Shown here: positions 16,305 to 24,785 of the stretch, piece by piece
Position numbering within the stretch: position 1 is the stretch's first letter
How the letters are laid out: each line of letters begins with the position of its first letter
Assembly (NCBI GenBank): GCA_016712525.1
Contig: JADJQX010000008.1
Span: 856,958-888,957, forward strand
Direction of reading: 5' to 3'
DNA length: 32,000 nucleotides
DNA from: Myxococcales bacterium
GTDB lineage: Bacteria > Myxococcota_A > Polyangia > Polyangiales > Polyangiaceae
Translations under genes and position numbers: made by a program
Notes under the pieces: model-generated
What the model was told of the DNA's origin: nothing
What the model saw: the letters and a program-made list of their open reading frames with translations, nothing else
Databases searched by the model: none

Positions 16305-17621
16305 TTGGAGACCGAGACACGCGCCCCGAAAGACGTCTTGCTCGCTTTGGCCCGGCAAAAACCGGCACTCGAGCTCGGGTCGACCGACGTCGTCTTCCTC
16401 GCGGCGCTGCACCTCCGCGGGTCTCGTTCGGCGCTCGCGTCGTTCGACGAGCCCACCCTCGTCGACGTGTTCGAAGAGGTGATGACCTTCGTCGACGAGG
16501 GCAAGAGCAGGCGCCGCGCGACGCACGCGATCCGCAGGCTGCGCGACCAACGCACGCTCTCGCGCGTCGATCACGCGGGGGTCGTCCGGCGCGGCGAGTT
16601 CGCCCTCACGCGCCTCGGCACCGCCATCGCCGAGTTCTTCCTCGACGAGGACGCCCTCACCCGAGAGGCGCTCACGTTGCTCATGCGTACCTTGCTGACG
16701 AGCCTCGGCGGGATCGTGGCCCAAGGGGCCGCGCTCGTGCACACCCCGGAGGCCTTCCGCGACGCGGTAGAAGCGCCGCTCCGGGTGACGGTGCGTGACC
16801 TCGTGTCGGGCATACAGCGCCGGCAGAGGGGGTTCGACCTCCAACAAGAAGAGCTGCGGCACGAGGTCGGTGAGCTCTTGCGCGCCGATTGGTTCGGGGC
16901 GGTCGAGCGGTGCCAAGAGCTCCTCGACGCGACCGGACGCACCCTGCGCGAGCTGGGCGAGGTCATCTTGCGCGACACGCACGCGGCGCAGGGCCTCTTG
17001 CAGGACGTGCAAGACCTCGCGGCCTCGGCGGGCTCCGAGCCGTCGGTCGACGCCGCGCGCGCGGTCATGGAGCAGGTCGACCGTGTAGCGGCCTGGGGCA
17101 CCGCGAGGCAGCGCGCCTTCTCCGAGTACTACCAGTACGTACATAGGTTCCTCCGCGACGTGGTGCGGCTCGACCCGTCCCGAGCGCTCACGCAGCGGCT
17201 CCGCGACCAGCTCGGCGGCGCGGTGGGGCGGAAGTTCTCGCTGGTGGTCGCGGGCGAGGCGCCGCCGTGGCTCCTCCGAGACGGCCCTCCCCCACGCGAC
17301 GACGGGCCCCCGGTGAAGCGCCCCAAGAAGCCTCGTGAGCCCGAGCTCGAGACGACCGACGAAGGCCCCGACCCACGCGAAGTGCTCGAGGCGGCCGTGA
17401 CGGCGGCGCTCACCGAGGGCGTCCCCACGTTGAGCGCGCTCACCGAGAGGACGACCCGAGACACCCCGGCAGAGGCGCGGTTCGTCGCGGCGGGCCGGGT
17501 GGCCGAGATCGCGGGCAAGCTCGTGCGCCCACTCGCCCGCGCCGAGCGCGCCTGGATCCCGACGGGAGACGGCTACGAGCTCGAGGAGTGGACGCTGCCA
17601 CGAAAGGGCGTAGCGCTGTGA
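16305..17621 (+). CDS. mukF: MukF-like kleisin subunit of a MukBEF/MksBEF-type condensin
   Basis: Collinear with E. coli MukF as I recall it: LLRADWFGAVERCQELLDATGRTLRELG vs [28 protein letters not shown], and YYQYVHRFLRDVVRLDPSRALTQRLRDQL vs [29 protein letters not shown]. TTG at 16305 is preceded by GGAGGG with a 7-8 nt spacer and gives 438 aa (MukF is 440). The track start TTG at 16266 is less likely. Confidence 0.85.
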   Translation: METETRAPKDVLLALARQKPALELGSTDVVFLAALHLRGSRSALASFDEPTLVDVFEEVMTFVDEGKSRRRATHAIRRLRDQRTLSRVDHAGVVRRGEFALTRLGTAIAEFFLDEDALTREALTLLMRTLLTSLGGIVAQGAALVHTPEAFRDAVEAPLRVTVRDLVSGIQRRQRGFDLQQEELRHEVGELLRADWFGAVERCQELLDATGRTLRELGEVILRDTHAAQGLLQDVQDLAASAGSEPSVDAARAVMEQVDRVAAWGTARQRAFSEYYQYVHRFLRDVVRLDPSRALTQRLRDQLGGAVGRKFSLVVAGEAPPWLLRDGPPPRDDGPPVKRPKKPREPELETTDEGPDPREVLEAAVTAALTEGVPTLSALTERTTRDTPAEARFVAAGRVAEIAGKLVRPLARAERAWIPTGDGYELEEWTLPRKGVAL

Positions 17622-18448
17622 GCTCTCCCCGCTTCGTACGGCTCGAGGACGTGGTGGCCGATCCGCTCTTCCCGGACGCCGACCTCGCGCTCCGTCGCGG
17701 CCGTCACGTCGACGCCGACGACCTCGCCCTGTACACGTTCCTCACCGAGGCGAGGCCCTACCTCGAGGCCTTCTACGAGCGGTTCGGGGCCGAGCTCGTC
17801 CACAAGCCCGACGGCTATTTTTACCTTCTCCCCACGTCGGACAAGCTGGGAAAACGGTACCTCCGCCCCATCGAGATGCTGGTCGGTCAGGCGATGGCGC
17901 TGCTCTACCTCGACCCTCGGACGGTGGAGCACGGGGGCACGGTCACGCGTGACGACGTGCTCGGGCAGCTCGCCTCGGTGCTCGGCACGGACGACCTCGT
18001 TCGAGCGTTTTTCCCTGGGAAGAAGAAGATCGACGAGCGCGTCGCGCAGGAGGGCGTGCGCGCGCGCGTGAACGACGCCATGAAGAAGCTCGCATCGCTC
18101 GGGTTCGCGGCGACGGACCGCGAAGGTCGCACCAAGCTCGGCCCCGCGCTCCTACGGTTCGCCGAACCGGCGCGCCTCTCCGAGCCGAGCGAGGCCGTGC
18201 TCGCCCGCCTCGCGGCCGAGGGTGAGCTGCTCGTCACGGGCGACGAGCACACGTTCGACGACGACGACGACCACGACCACGACGCCCTCGACGACGATGG
18301 CGCGGCCGACGCGACGAGCCCCACGAGCGACCCTCCCGAGGCGACCCGCGCGGAGCACGAGGCCGAGCCCCGAGCCGACGAGGACGCTCCCACCGAAGAC
18401 CCGCCCGTCGATCACGATCTCCCCGGGGCCCCGTCGGACGAGCCATGA
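17618..18448 (+). CDS. mukE: MukE-like subunit of a MukBEF/MksBEF-type condensin, with a long acidic/His-rich C-terminal tail
   Basis: DPLFPDADLALRRGRHVDADDL...YLEAFYERFGAELVHKPDGYFYLLP vs E. coli MukE [22 protein letters not shown]...[25 protein letters not shown]. GTG at 17618 overlaps the mukF stop (GTGA) and has AAAGGG 9 nt upstream. The track start at 17588 has its GAGGAG box too close. Confidence 0.85.
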   Translation: MSSPRFVRLEDVVADPLFPDADLALRRGRHVDADDLALYTFLTEARPYLEAFYERFGAELVHKPDGYFYLLPTSDKLGKRYLRPIEMLVGQAMALLYLDPRTVEHGGTVTRDDVLGQLASVLGTDDLVRAFFPGKKKIDERVAQEGVRARVNDAMKKLASLGFAATDREGRTKLGPALLRFAEPARLSEPSEAVLARLAAEGELLVTGDEHTFDDDDDHDHDALDDDGAADATSPTSDPPEATRAEHEAEPRADEDAPTEDPPVDHDLPGAPSDEP

Positions 18449-21400
18449 ACCGAGCGAAGGCGACCGCGCTCGCGCTCGTGAACTGGAAGGGCGTGTTCTA
18501 CGAGCGCTACCTCCTCGATCGCAGCGTGACCGCGCTCGAGGGCGCGAACGGCGCCGGCAAGACCACCGTGATGGTGGCCGCGTACGTCGTGCTCATGCCC
18601 GACATGACGCGCCTCCGCTTCTCCAACGTCGGAGAAGGGAGCGGCGCGACCTCGGCCGACAAGGGCGTCTACGGGCGCCTCGGTGAGCCGGGGAGGCCCT
18701 CGTACGCCGCCATCGAGGTCGACGTGGGGACCGAGCGGCTCGTCATGGGCGTGTGCCTCGTGCGAAAGACCGAGCCTCAGGTGGAGCTGTCGCCGTTCCT
18801 CGTGCGTCGGCTCGACCTCGACGGGAGCTTGAAGGGGATCTTGCTCTCGAGCGACGGCGGCGAGGACGTCGTGCCCAAGCTCGACGACGTCGTCGCGGCG
18901 GTCCGCGCGAGAGGTGGCACGATCGACCTATTTTCCTCGGCTCGCGACTACTTCACGGCCCTCTTCGACCTCGGCATCACGCCGCTCCGGCTCGCGTCGG
19001 ACGAAGATCGCACCAAGCTGAACGAGATGCTCCGCACGAGCATGACCGGCGGGATCTCGAAGGCCATCACGGGGGAGCTGCGCTCGTTCTTGCTGCGGGA
19101 GGAGCCCGGCCTCTCCGAGACCCTCACCCACATGCGCGCGAACCTCGACGCGTGCCACAGGACGCGCACCGAGGTGGCCGAGGCGCGTGTGCTCGAGCGC
19201 GAGCTCTCCGCGGTGCACGACGCCGCGCGGGCCACGGTCGCGTCCGCGCTGGGGGCGGCCTTCGCGATCGACCGGGAGCTCGCCACGCGACGACGCGAGG
19301 CCGAAGCAGCCCGAGACGCGGCGCGGGCCGTGGTCGCCGAGCTCGCGTCGGAGCTCGCGGTCGCCCGCGACGAGAAACGTGCGCTCGCGAACGAGCAGGA
19401 CCGCGCCCGGACCCGCCTCGAAGAACGACGCGCCGACGTCGAAGCCACGCTCGCGGCGCGGGCGCTCGAGAAGCGGCTCGACGAAGAGCGACGTCACGCA
19501 CAAGACCTCACGCGCACCTACACGGAGCGTGCGGCGGAGCGCGACCTCGCCGTCGCCCACCGCGACGAACGACGCGTGGCGAGGGACCGCGCGCGCGATG
19601 CCTACGATCGTGCGGCCCGCGGCCTCGCCGACGTGCAGTCCGGGCTCGACGACTTGCACACGAGCGCCGCGGCCTCCCGGAGGCTACGGGCGGCCCTGGG
19701 AGATGCCGGGACCCACCTCGGACGCCTCGTGCCTCTCGACCCGAGCTCCGTCGCGATCGAGCTCCGCGACGCGCGCGCGGCGCTCGGGCTCGCCGATCAG
19801 AGGCTCACCAAGCTCGAGAGGGACCTCGCGACGAGCGACGTGCGACGGGCCGAACGGTCAGAGGCGCTCGGTGCGCTCGCGCGCCTCACGGGCGCCGAGG
19901 CCCCCCACGCCGAGGTGAGCCCCAAGCCCGTGCTCGCCGAGGGCGCGCGCCTCGAGGCGGAGGCGAACAAAGTGGAGGGGCTCCGGCGCGAGCTCGCGGA
20001 AGCCCGTGCCCTCGCGCGGCGCCAACGTGACCTCGCGGAGAGCGCGCGGGGCTTGGGCTTCGACGCCCCCGGGGCGGGCTGTCACGCGACGGTGGCCCAA
20101 GCCGTCGCGACCGCCGATCGCCGCCTCGGGGATCTCTCGCTGCTCACCGAGCGGCTCGCGGCGAAGGCCGCCTCGAGCACCGCCGCCCGCGACGCAGCAA
20201 AAGAGCGTGTCCTCGCGCTGACCGCCGTGGTCACGAGGTACTCGGCTGCCGCATCCATGGCCGAGCGGCTCGCCGGCGTGCTCGGCCTCCCCGCGGGCTC
20301 GAGGCTCGACCCCCACGCCGCGCGCGCTCGCCTCGACGATCTGCGGCAATCGTCCCGGGACAGGCTCCGCGACCTCGAAGCCCGGGCCACCTCCATCGCC
20401 GACGAGGTCGAGCGGCTCGAACGCCCCGGCCCCTCGTTCGACCGGGAGATCCTGCGCCTCCGGGACGAGCTCGACGGGGAGCTCTTCTCCCTTCGGTTCG
20501 AGGACCTCGACGTCGACGACGCCGCGCGGAAAGAGGCCGCCTTGGGCGAGCTCGTCGCGGGCATCGTCGTCGAGTCGCCGGAGGCGGCGCTACGCGACGT
20601 CGTCGGCAAAGCGCGCGACGTCGACACCGTGCTGCTCGTTCGGCCGGACGCCGAAGCCACGACCGGCACCATCGTCGGCGAGGCGGGAGGCGACGTCGTC
20701 GTCGCCGAGCCCTTCGGCCTAAGGGTCACGCGCCTGCCGAAGGAGCCGTCGCTCGGCGCGAGCGCTCGACGAAGCCGCGCAGTCAGGCTCCGTGAGGACG
20801 CGGCGATGCTCCGGAAGGGTATCGACGAAGAGCGAACGAACGCGGCCCGCCTCGACGAGGCCCACCGCTCCCTCGACACGCTCTTCGTCGACTTCGTGAT
20901 CCTCGAGGCCGGAGATCCTTCGCCTGCGCTCGCGGCGGCGCGGGCCGACATAGCCCGCCTCGACGAGGAGGCCGAGGTCGCCGCTCGAGACCTCGGAGCG
21001 GCGCGCGGGGAGGCGGCCGGCCTTCGACAAAAATCCGAACCGTTACGAGCACTTCTAAGCGAAGGCCACCTGCTCGAGCTCCCGGACCACACCGAGCGCG
21101 AGCGAGGGCTCGAGGCCGCCCTCGCGAAGGCCGAAGAATGCGCTCGGGAGCTCGCCGAGAAGGCCGCCGACTACGCGACCCTCTCGCGCCTCGCGCACGC
21201 GCTCGCAGGAGAGCCGCCGAACGACGAGACGACACGCGCGACGAGAGACACGTGCGCCCGCGAACGCGACGCCCTCTACCGGGCCGTGGTCGCCCTCGAG
21301 GACGCCGAGACGGCCGCGGGCGCCATCGTCCACCGCGACGCCGAGCGCCTCCTCGCCGAGCGCGCGACCGTCGTGCCCGCCCTCGAGGAGGCGCACGTGC

Positions 21401-22917
21401 AGGCACGCGCGGAGGCCGAGGCCCTCGAGAAGACCGTGGCCGAAGCGGACGCCACCTGGGAGCGAGCGTCGCGTGCGGCGTACGAGGCCGAGCTGGCGCT
21501 CGCGGCGTGCCGGTCCGAGATCGAGCGACTCGAGGGCGAGCTCCGCGAGGGTGGCCGTGAGGCGACCACCGAGGACGACGTGAAGGCCGCGGAGCTTTGC
21601 GCCGCCGAGGCAGCGCTCGCGGTCACGGCGGCCGCGCGCGCGCTCGACGGCATGTCCGTCACGCTGGCCGTCCTCGAGGAGCGCCACGCGAACGCCGAGC
21701 GAGCCTTGGAGGAGGCCCTCCGCGCGGTCGCCGAGCGCGCGGCCGAGCACGAGCCGTGGATCGGGCTCGTCGAAGGGCTCCGCGAAGGGGTACGCGTGGC
21801 CGAGGTCCCGGTCCCTCTGCCGGACGAGGGCGAGCCTGCCTCGTTCGAGAAGGCCCGCGCGATGGGCGAGGTCCTGGGAGAGAGGCTCGCGAGAGCGCGG
21901 GGTGGCGCCGAGCTCGCCGAGGTCGTGAGGCCGCGCGCGACCCTCGTCGGAGACCGGGCCCTCGCGGAGGCCGCGCTGACGGTCTGGACCGACGTGACCG
22001 AGTGGCTGAGGCGACGCTTGCCGGTCGCCATCGCGTCGCTCCCCGATCCCTCGACGGCGCTCCTGCGCCTGCGGGACGATCTCGCGTCGCTCGAGACGCG
22101 GCTCGCGCATCAAGAGACCGGCCTGCGGGGCACGTCGGAGGACGTCGCCCGAGGCATCGACGTCCAGCTCCGGCGCGCGAAGGCGCAAGTGCGTCGCTTG
22201 AACCAGAGCCTTTCGGGGATCCGCTTCGGCAGCATCGGCGGCATCCGCATCCAGATGGCGCGCGAGCCCCGCATGGACCAGGTGTTGAACGCGCTCCGCG
22301 ACGGCACGTCCCAGGAGCTCCTCTTCGATCCGCGCCTGGCCGTGGAAGACGCCCTCGCCGAAATCCTGAAGAGATACGCGGGTGGGAGAGCCGGTGGACA
22401 GCGCGTCCTCGACTACCGCGAGTACCTGCTCCTCTCGGTCGACATCCAGCGCGCCGGCAAGAGCGACTGGGAGCAAGCGTCCCCCGCGAAGCTCTCCACG
22501 GGCGAGGGCATCGGGGTCGGCGCGGCGATCTTGATGGTCATCCTGACCGAGTGGGAGCGCGACGGGAACCTGCTCCGCACGCGCCGCCCGATCGGCTCGA
22601 TGCGGTTTCTCTTCCTCGACGAGGCGAACCGCCTCTCGCAAGACAACTTGGCGACGCTCTTCGACCTCTGCCAGTCGCTCGATCTCCAGCTCCTCGTGGC
22701 GGCCCCGGAGGTCGCGCGGGCCGAAGGGGCCACGACCTACAGGCTCGTCCGGCGCACCGACGACGCCGGGCGCGAAGAGGTGGTCGTGAGCGGGCGCCGC
22801 GCGCTGCGCGAGGCTTCGGAAGGTCTCACGGACGACGCGATCTCGGGCGCTCCGGGCTCACCGGACGAAAATGGGGCCCGCCCCGACGAAGGAGCGAGCC
22901 CCACGTTGTTCGACTGA
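18445..22917 (+). CDS. mukB: MukB-like SMC-type ATPase subunit of the condensin (1490 aa)
   Basis: N-terminus LVNWKGVFYERYLLDRSVTALEGANGAGKTT (Walker A) vs MukB [30 protein letters not shown]. Long Ala/Arg/Glu coiled-coil middle. C-terminus LSTGEGIGVGAAILMVILTEWE...RFLFLDEANRLS...LQLLVAAPE...TTYRLVRR vs MukB LSTGEAIG...LLFLDEAARLD...QLIIAAPE...TTYKLVRK. ATGA overlap with the mukE stop. Confidence 0.93.
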   Translation: MNRAKATALALVNWKGVFYERYLLDRSVTALEGANGAGKTTVMVAAYVVLMPDMTRLRFSNVGEGSGATSADKGVYGRLGEPGRPSYAAIEVDVGTERLVMGVCLVRKTEPQVELSPFLVRRLDLDGSLKGILLSSDGGEDVVPKLDDVVAAVRARGGTIDLFSSARDYFTALFDLGITPLRLASDEDRTKLNEMLRTSMTGGISKAITGELRSFLLREEPGLSETLTHMRANLDACHRTRTEVAEARVLERELSAVHDAARATVASALGAAFAIDRELATRRREAEAARDAARAVVAELASELAVARDEKRALANEQDRARTRLEERRADVEATLAARALEKRLDEERRHAQDLTRTYTERAAERDLAVAHRDERRVARDRARDAYDRAARGLADVQSGLDDLHTSAAASRRLRAALGDAGTHLGRLVPLDPSSVAIELRDARAALGLADQRLTKLERDLATSDVRRAERSEALGALARLTGAEAPHAEVSPKPVLAEGARLEAEANKVEGLRRELAEARALARRQRDLAESARGLGFDAPGAGCHATVAQAVATADRRLGDLSLLTERLAAKAASSTAARDAAKERVLALTAVVTRYSAAASMAERLAGVLGLPAGSRLDPHAARARLDDLRQSSRDRLRDLEARATSIADEVERLERPGPSFDREILRLRDELDGELFSLRFEDLDVDDAARKEAALGELVAGIVVESPEAALRDVVGKARDVDTVLLVRPDAEATTGTIVGEAGGDVVVAEPFGLRVTRLPKEPSLGASARRSRAVRLREDAAMLRKGIDEERTNAARLDEAHRSLDTLFVDFVILEAGDPSPALAAARADIARLDEEAEVAARDLGAARGEAAGLRQKSEPLRALLSEGHLLELPDHTERERGLEAALAKAEECARELAEKAADYATLSRLAHALAGEPPNDETTRATRDTCARERDALYRAVVALEDAETAAGAIVHRDAERLLAERATVVPALEEAHVQARAEAEALEKTVAEADATWERASRAAYEAELALAACRSEIERLEGELREGGREATTEDDVKAAELCAAEAALAVTAAARALDGMSVTLAVLEERHANAERALEEALRAVAERAAEHEPWIGLVEGLREGVRVAEVPVPLPDEGEPASFEKARAMGEVLGERLARARGGAELAEVVRPRATLVGDRALAEAALTVWTDVTEWLRRRLPVAIASLPDPSTALLRLRDDLASLETRLAHQETGLRGTSEDVARGIDVQLRRAKAQVRRLNQSLSGIRFGSIGGIRIQMAREPRMDQVLNALRDGTSQELLFDPRLAVEDALAEILKRYAGGRAGGQRVLDYREYLLLSVDIQRAGKSDWEQASPAKLSTGEGIGVGAAILMVILTEWERDGNLLRTRRPIGSMRFLFLDEANRLSQDNLATLFDLCQSLDLQLLVAAPEVARAEGATTYRLVRRTDDAGREEVVVSGRRALREASEGLTDDAISGAPGSPDENGARPDEGASPTLFD

Positions 22918-22924
22918 GGGTCGG

Positions 22925-23467
22925 TCAGTCCCGGGTGGCGTCGAAGCCGCCGTCGAGGAGGCCCGTGGGCACGCACTCGGCCGCACACTTGTCCTGGATG
23001 CAGCCCGCGATCGCAAGGCCGTTCGTCTGGACGCTCTGGGGCGCCGTGGCGAGACCCGAGGCGCAGAGGAGCAACGTCTGCTGCGACACGCCGCCCGAGC
23101 CGGGCTTGAGCACGCACTCGAGGACCGCGATGATCGGCTCCTGGCAGGTGCAGTCCTTCATGCAGGTGTCGACCTCGGCCTTGCACTTCGACTTCACGCA
23201 GCCCGCGCAGAGGCCGGTCGTGAGCCCCGAGTCGCCGACCGATGCATCTTGCACGTTCTTGAACGGGTCGATGTTCGGATCGCACGCCGGCGCCGTATCC
23301 TTCCCGGCGTCCTTCGGGACCGACGTGTCCGGCACCGACGTGTCCGGCACCGACGTGTCGGCCGCCGCGTCGGCGACCTCTTCCGTGCCACCACACCCTT
23401 GCGCCGTCATCATGCCGACCGCGAGGGCCGACGCCACCACCACGAGACCGATACGTACCCGCTTCAT
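22925..23467 (-). CDS. Secreted or lipid-anchored Cys-rich protein (180 aa) with a (DTSVP)3 repeat
   Basis: ATG at 23467 is preceded by GGAGGAG. MKRVRIGLVVVASALAVGMMTAQGC is a signal peptide with a lipobox-like Cys. The mature part has 12 further Cys in clusters (CAGCVKSKCKAEVDTCMKDCTC, CIQDKCAAEC). The track's 251-aa version starts in the intergenic region and is not supported. Confidence 0.7.
   Translation of the reverse strand: MKRVRIGLVVVASALAVGMMTAQGCGGTEEVADAAADTSVPDTSVPDTSVPKDAGKDTAPACDPNIDPFKNVQDASVGDSGLTTGLCAGCVKSKCKAEVDTCMKDCTCQEPIIAVLECVLKPGSGGVSQQTLLLCASGLATAPQSVQTNGLAIAGCIQDKCAAECVPTGLLDGGFDATRD
23321..23362. repeat. 15-bp tandem repeat, ~2.8 copies (cgacgtgtccggcac), encoding DTSVP DTSVP DTSVP on the minus strand
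   Basis: Units at 23321-23335 and 23336-23350 are identical. The third unit, from 23351, diverges after 10 nt. Confidence 0.9.
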
Positions 23468-23485
23468 CACGCTCCTCCGATCCGA

Positions 23486-23617
23486 GGCGAACGCCCCGTG
23501 GGCCCGAGCGGACGATGCCACCTTTCCCGCCGTGTGGCCAGAAGACACATGGACACACATCCTCCCACGTCGCTCGGGCACGGGCGAACGGCGATTCGGG
23601 CGAACGGCCGGCGAACG
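23486..23617. promoter_or_regulatory. Cluster of four direct GGCGAACG octamers in the divergent intergenic region (candidate operator sites)
   Basis: Exact copies at 23486-23493, 23583-23590, 23599-23606 and 23610-23617. Two of them extend to GGGCGAACGGC. They lie between the divergently transcribed genes starting at 23467 (minus) and 23777 (plus). Confidence 0.4.
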
Positions 23618-23776
23618 TCCAGCGAAGGCCCCGTAGCCGCGCTGCGGCAAAGCACTTCGTGTGCGGAAGCCTGCGGCCAAGCCGAGAGCCGGGTGCTACG
23701 CCATAGTGAGGCGCGATCTTTTCGGTTCGTGTCTTTCGGCTCTCCTCTCGATCGAAGACCTCAACGTCGGAGTGGC

Positions 23777-24772
23777 ATGCAGACGGTCCCGTCCAGCCTG
23801 CGGTTCGAGCTCTCGGCTCCCCACACGAGCGGCCGTAAGGATCGGTCGAAGGCGCTGGCGTCCGTGTCCGCGCTCGCGGCCTTTGGCGTGGGGCTCGCGT
23901 TCACCCGCGTCGTGTGGCTGGAGCTCGCCAGCGCGGCGCTCTTCGTGGTCGCGTTCGTGCTCGTCGGGCGTGCGCTGCGCCGGCCACCGGCGCGAGGCCA
24001 CCTTGAGCTGCGCGGCGAGCGGCTCGTGCGGGTCCTCGACGGTCGAGAGGTCACTCTCCTCGCCACGACCGAGCCCTTCGGCGTCACGGTGCTCGCCAAC
24101 CGCAGGCGTACGCGGGTGCTGCTCGCGTTCACCACCCGCGAAGCCACGCGCTTCGTCCCCGTGTTCCTCGATGGCGCAGACGAAGCGTGCCGCGCCGAGC
24201 TCGTCGCCCTGGCGTCCACGGTCCCGGAGGGGGACGCGCTCGACGTCGACGGGAGCTCGGGTGGGCTCGACGCCGAGGACGCGCTCTCGCTCGTGAGGGC
24301 CCTCGAACGCACGTCCCCGGCGGCCCTCTCGTCCCTGTATTTGTCGACGTCCCGGGGCGATCCGCTCGTGCTCGAGGGCAGCGAAATCCAGCTCGGGGAG
24401 CGCTCTTTCGACCTCCGCTCCCCGCTCGATTGGCGCCCGTTCGTGTTCCACGAGTCGGCGGGGGCCGTGAGCACGCTCTACCAGGCCACGTGGATCAAGC
24501 AGCGGGGCCACGAGCTCGTGCTCGTCGCGCCCATGCCGCTCGACGTGATCCCGCGCAGCGCCAAGTCCCTCGGCGGGCGCTCTTCGGAGATTCGCATCCT
24601 CGCGCAGACGAGCGAGACCCCACCCCCGAGGGAGCTTCGCGTCGCGATCGATCGCATGTTCATGCTGCCGTTGCGCCGCGCGCTCGACATGGCGCCGGCG
24701 CCGAAGCGGGCCCCCACCGCCCCTCCGCACGGCCAAGGCAAGGCGGCCCGCAGCTCGACGTCCGATTCGTGA
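23777..24772 (+). CDS. Hypothetical membrane protein (331 aa) with an N-terminal 2-TM hairpin and a soluble C-terminal region
   Basis: ATG at 23777 is preceded by GGAG. Hydrophobic segments are ALASVSALAAFGVGLAFTRVVWL and LASAALFVVAFVLVG. Third-position GC is high. It ends 14 nt before metG. The 633-aa track ORF from 22871 overlaps mukB and the antisense Cys-rich gene and was rejected. Confidence 0.65.
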   Translation: MQTVPSSLRFELSAPHTSGRKDRSKALASVSALAAFGVGLAFTRVVWLELASAALFVVAFVLVGRALRRPPARGHLELRGERLVRVLDGREVTLLATTEPFGVTVLANRRRTRVLLAFTTREATRFVPVFLDGADEACRAELVALASTVPEGDALDVDGSSGGLDAEDALSLVRALERTSPAALSSLYLSTSRGDPLVLEGSEIQLGERSFDLRSPLDWRPFVFHESAGAVSTLYQATWIKQRGHELVLVAPMPLDVIPRSAKSLGGRSSEIRILAQTSETPPPRELRVAIDRMFMLPLRRALDMAPAPKRAPTAPPHGQGKAARSSTSDS

Positions 24773-24785
24773 TAGAGGCGGCCTC

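Noticed and set aside
16266-17617. Track start codons TTG 16266 (mukF) and GTG 17588 (mukE)
   Set aside because: 16305 has a properly spaced GGAGG box and reproduces the MukF N-terminal length. 17618 has AAAGGG at 9 nt and a GTGA stop/start overlap, whereas 17588 has its purine box directly abutting the start codon. The choice remains uncertain and does not change the calls.
23321-23362. Short tandem repeat as a possible CRISPR or regulatory array
   Set aside because: The units are contiguous with no spacers, only 15 bp long, and lie in frame inside a coding region (DTSVP repeats). No CRISPR-like repeat-spacer structure exists anywhere in the window.
18753-23636. Long alternative-frame ORFs inside or antisense to mukB (18753-20030 plus, 20082-21092 minus, 21055-22641 minus, 21597-23636 plus)
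   Set aside because: The mukB frame carries Walker A, the signature LSTGE, Walker B and coiled-coil composition. The alternatives are Arg/Pro/Ala-rich shadows.
16305-24772. Interpreting the condensin operon as a Wadjet (JetABCD) / MksBEFG defence system
   Set aside because: No JetD/MksG-like gene follows mukB or precedes mukF. The flanking genes are a kinase, a small Cys-rich secreted protein on the opposite strand, and a 2-TM protein without Toprim-like motifs. The three proteins also look closer to MukFEB than to JetABC.
22871-24772. 633-aa plus-strand ORF as a single large gene
   Set aside because: Its first ~300 codons overlap the mukB 3' end, the antisense of the Cys-rich gene and the intergenic region, and give Arg-rich nonsense. 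A good GGAG-ATG start at 23777 precedes the TM hairpin.
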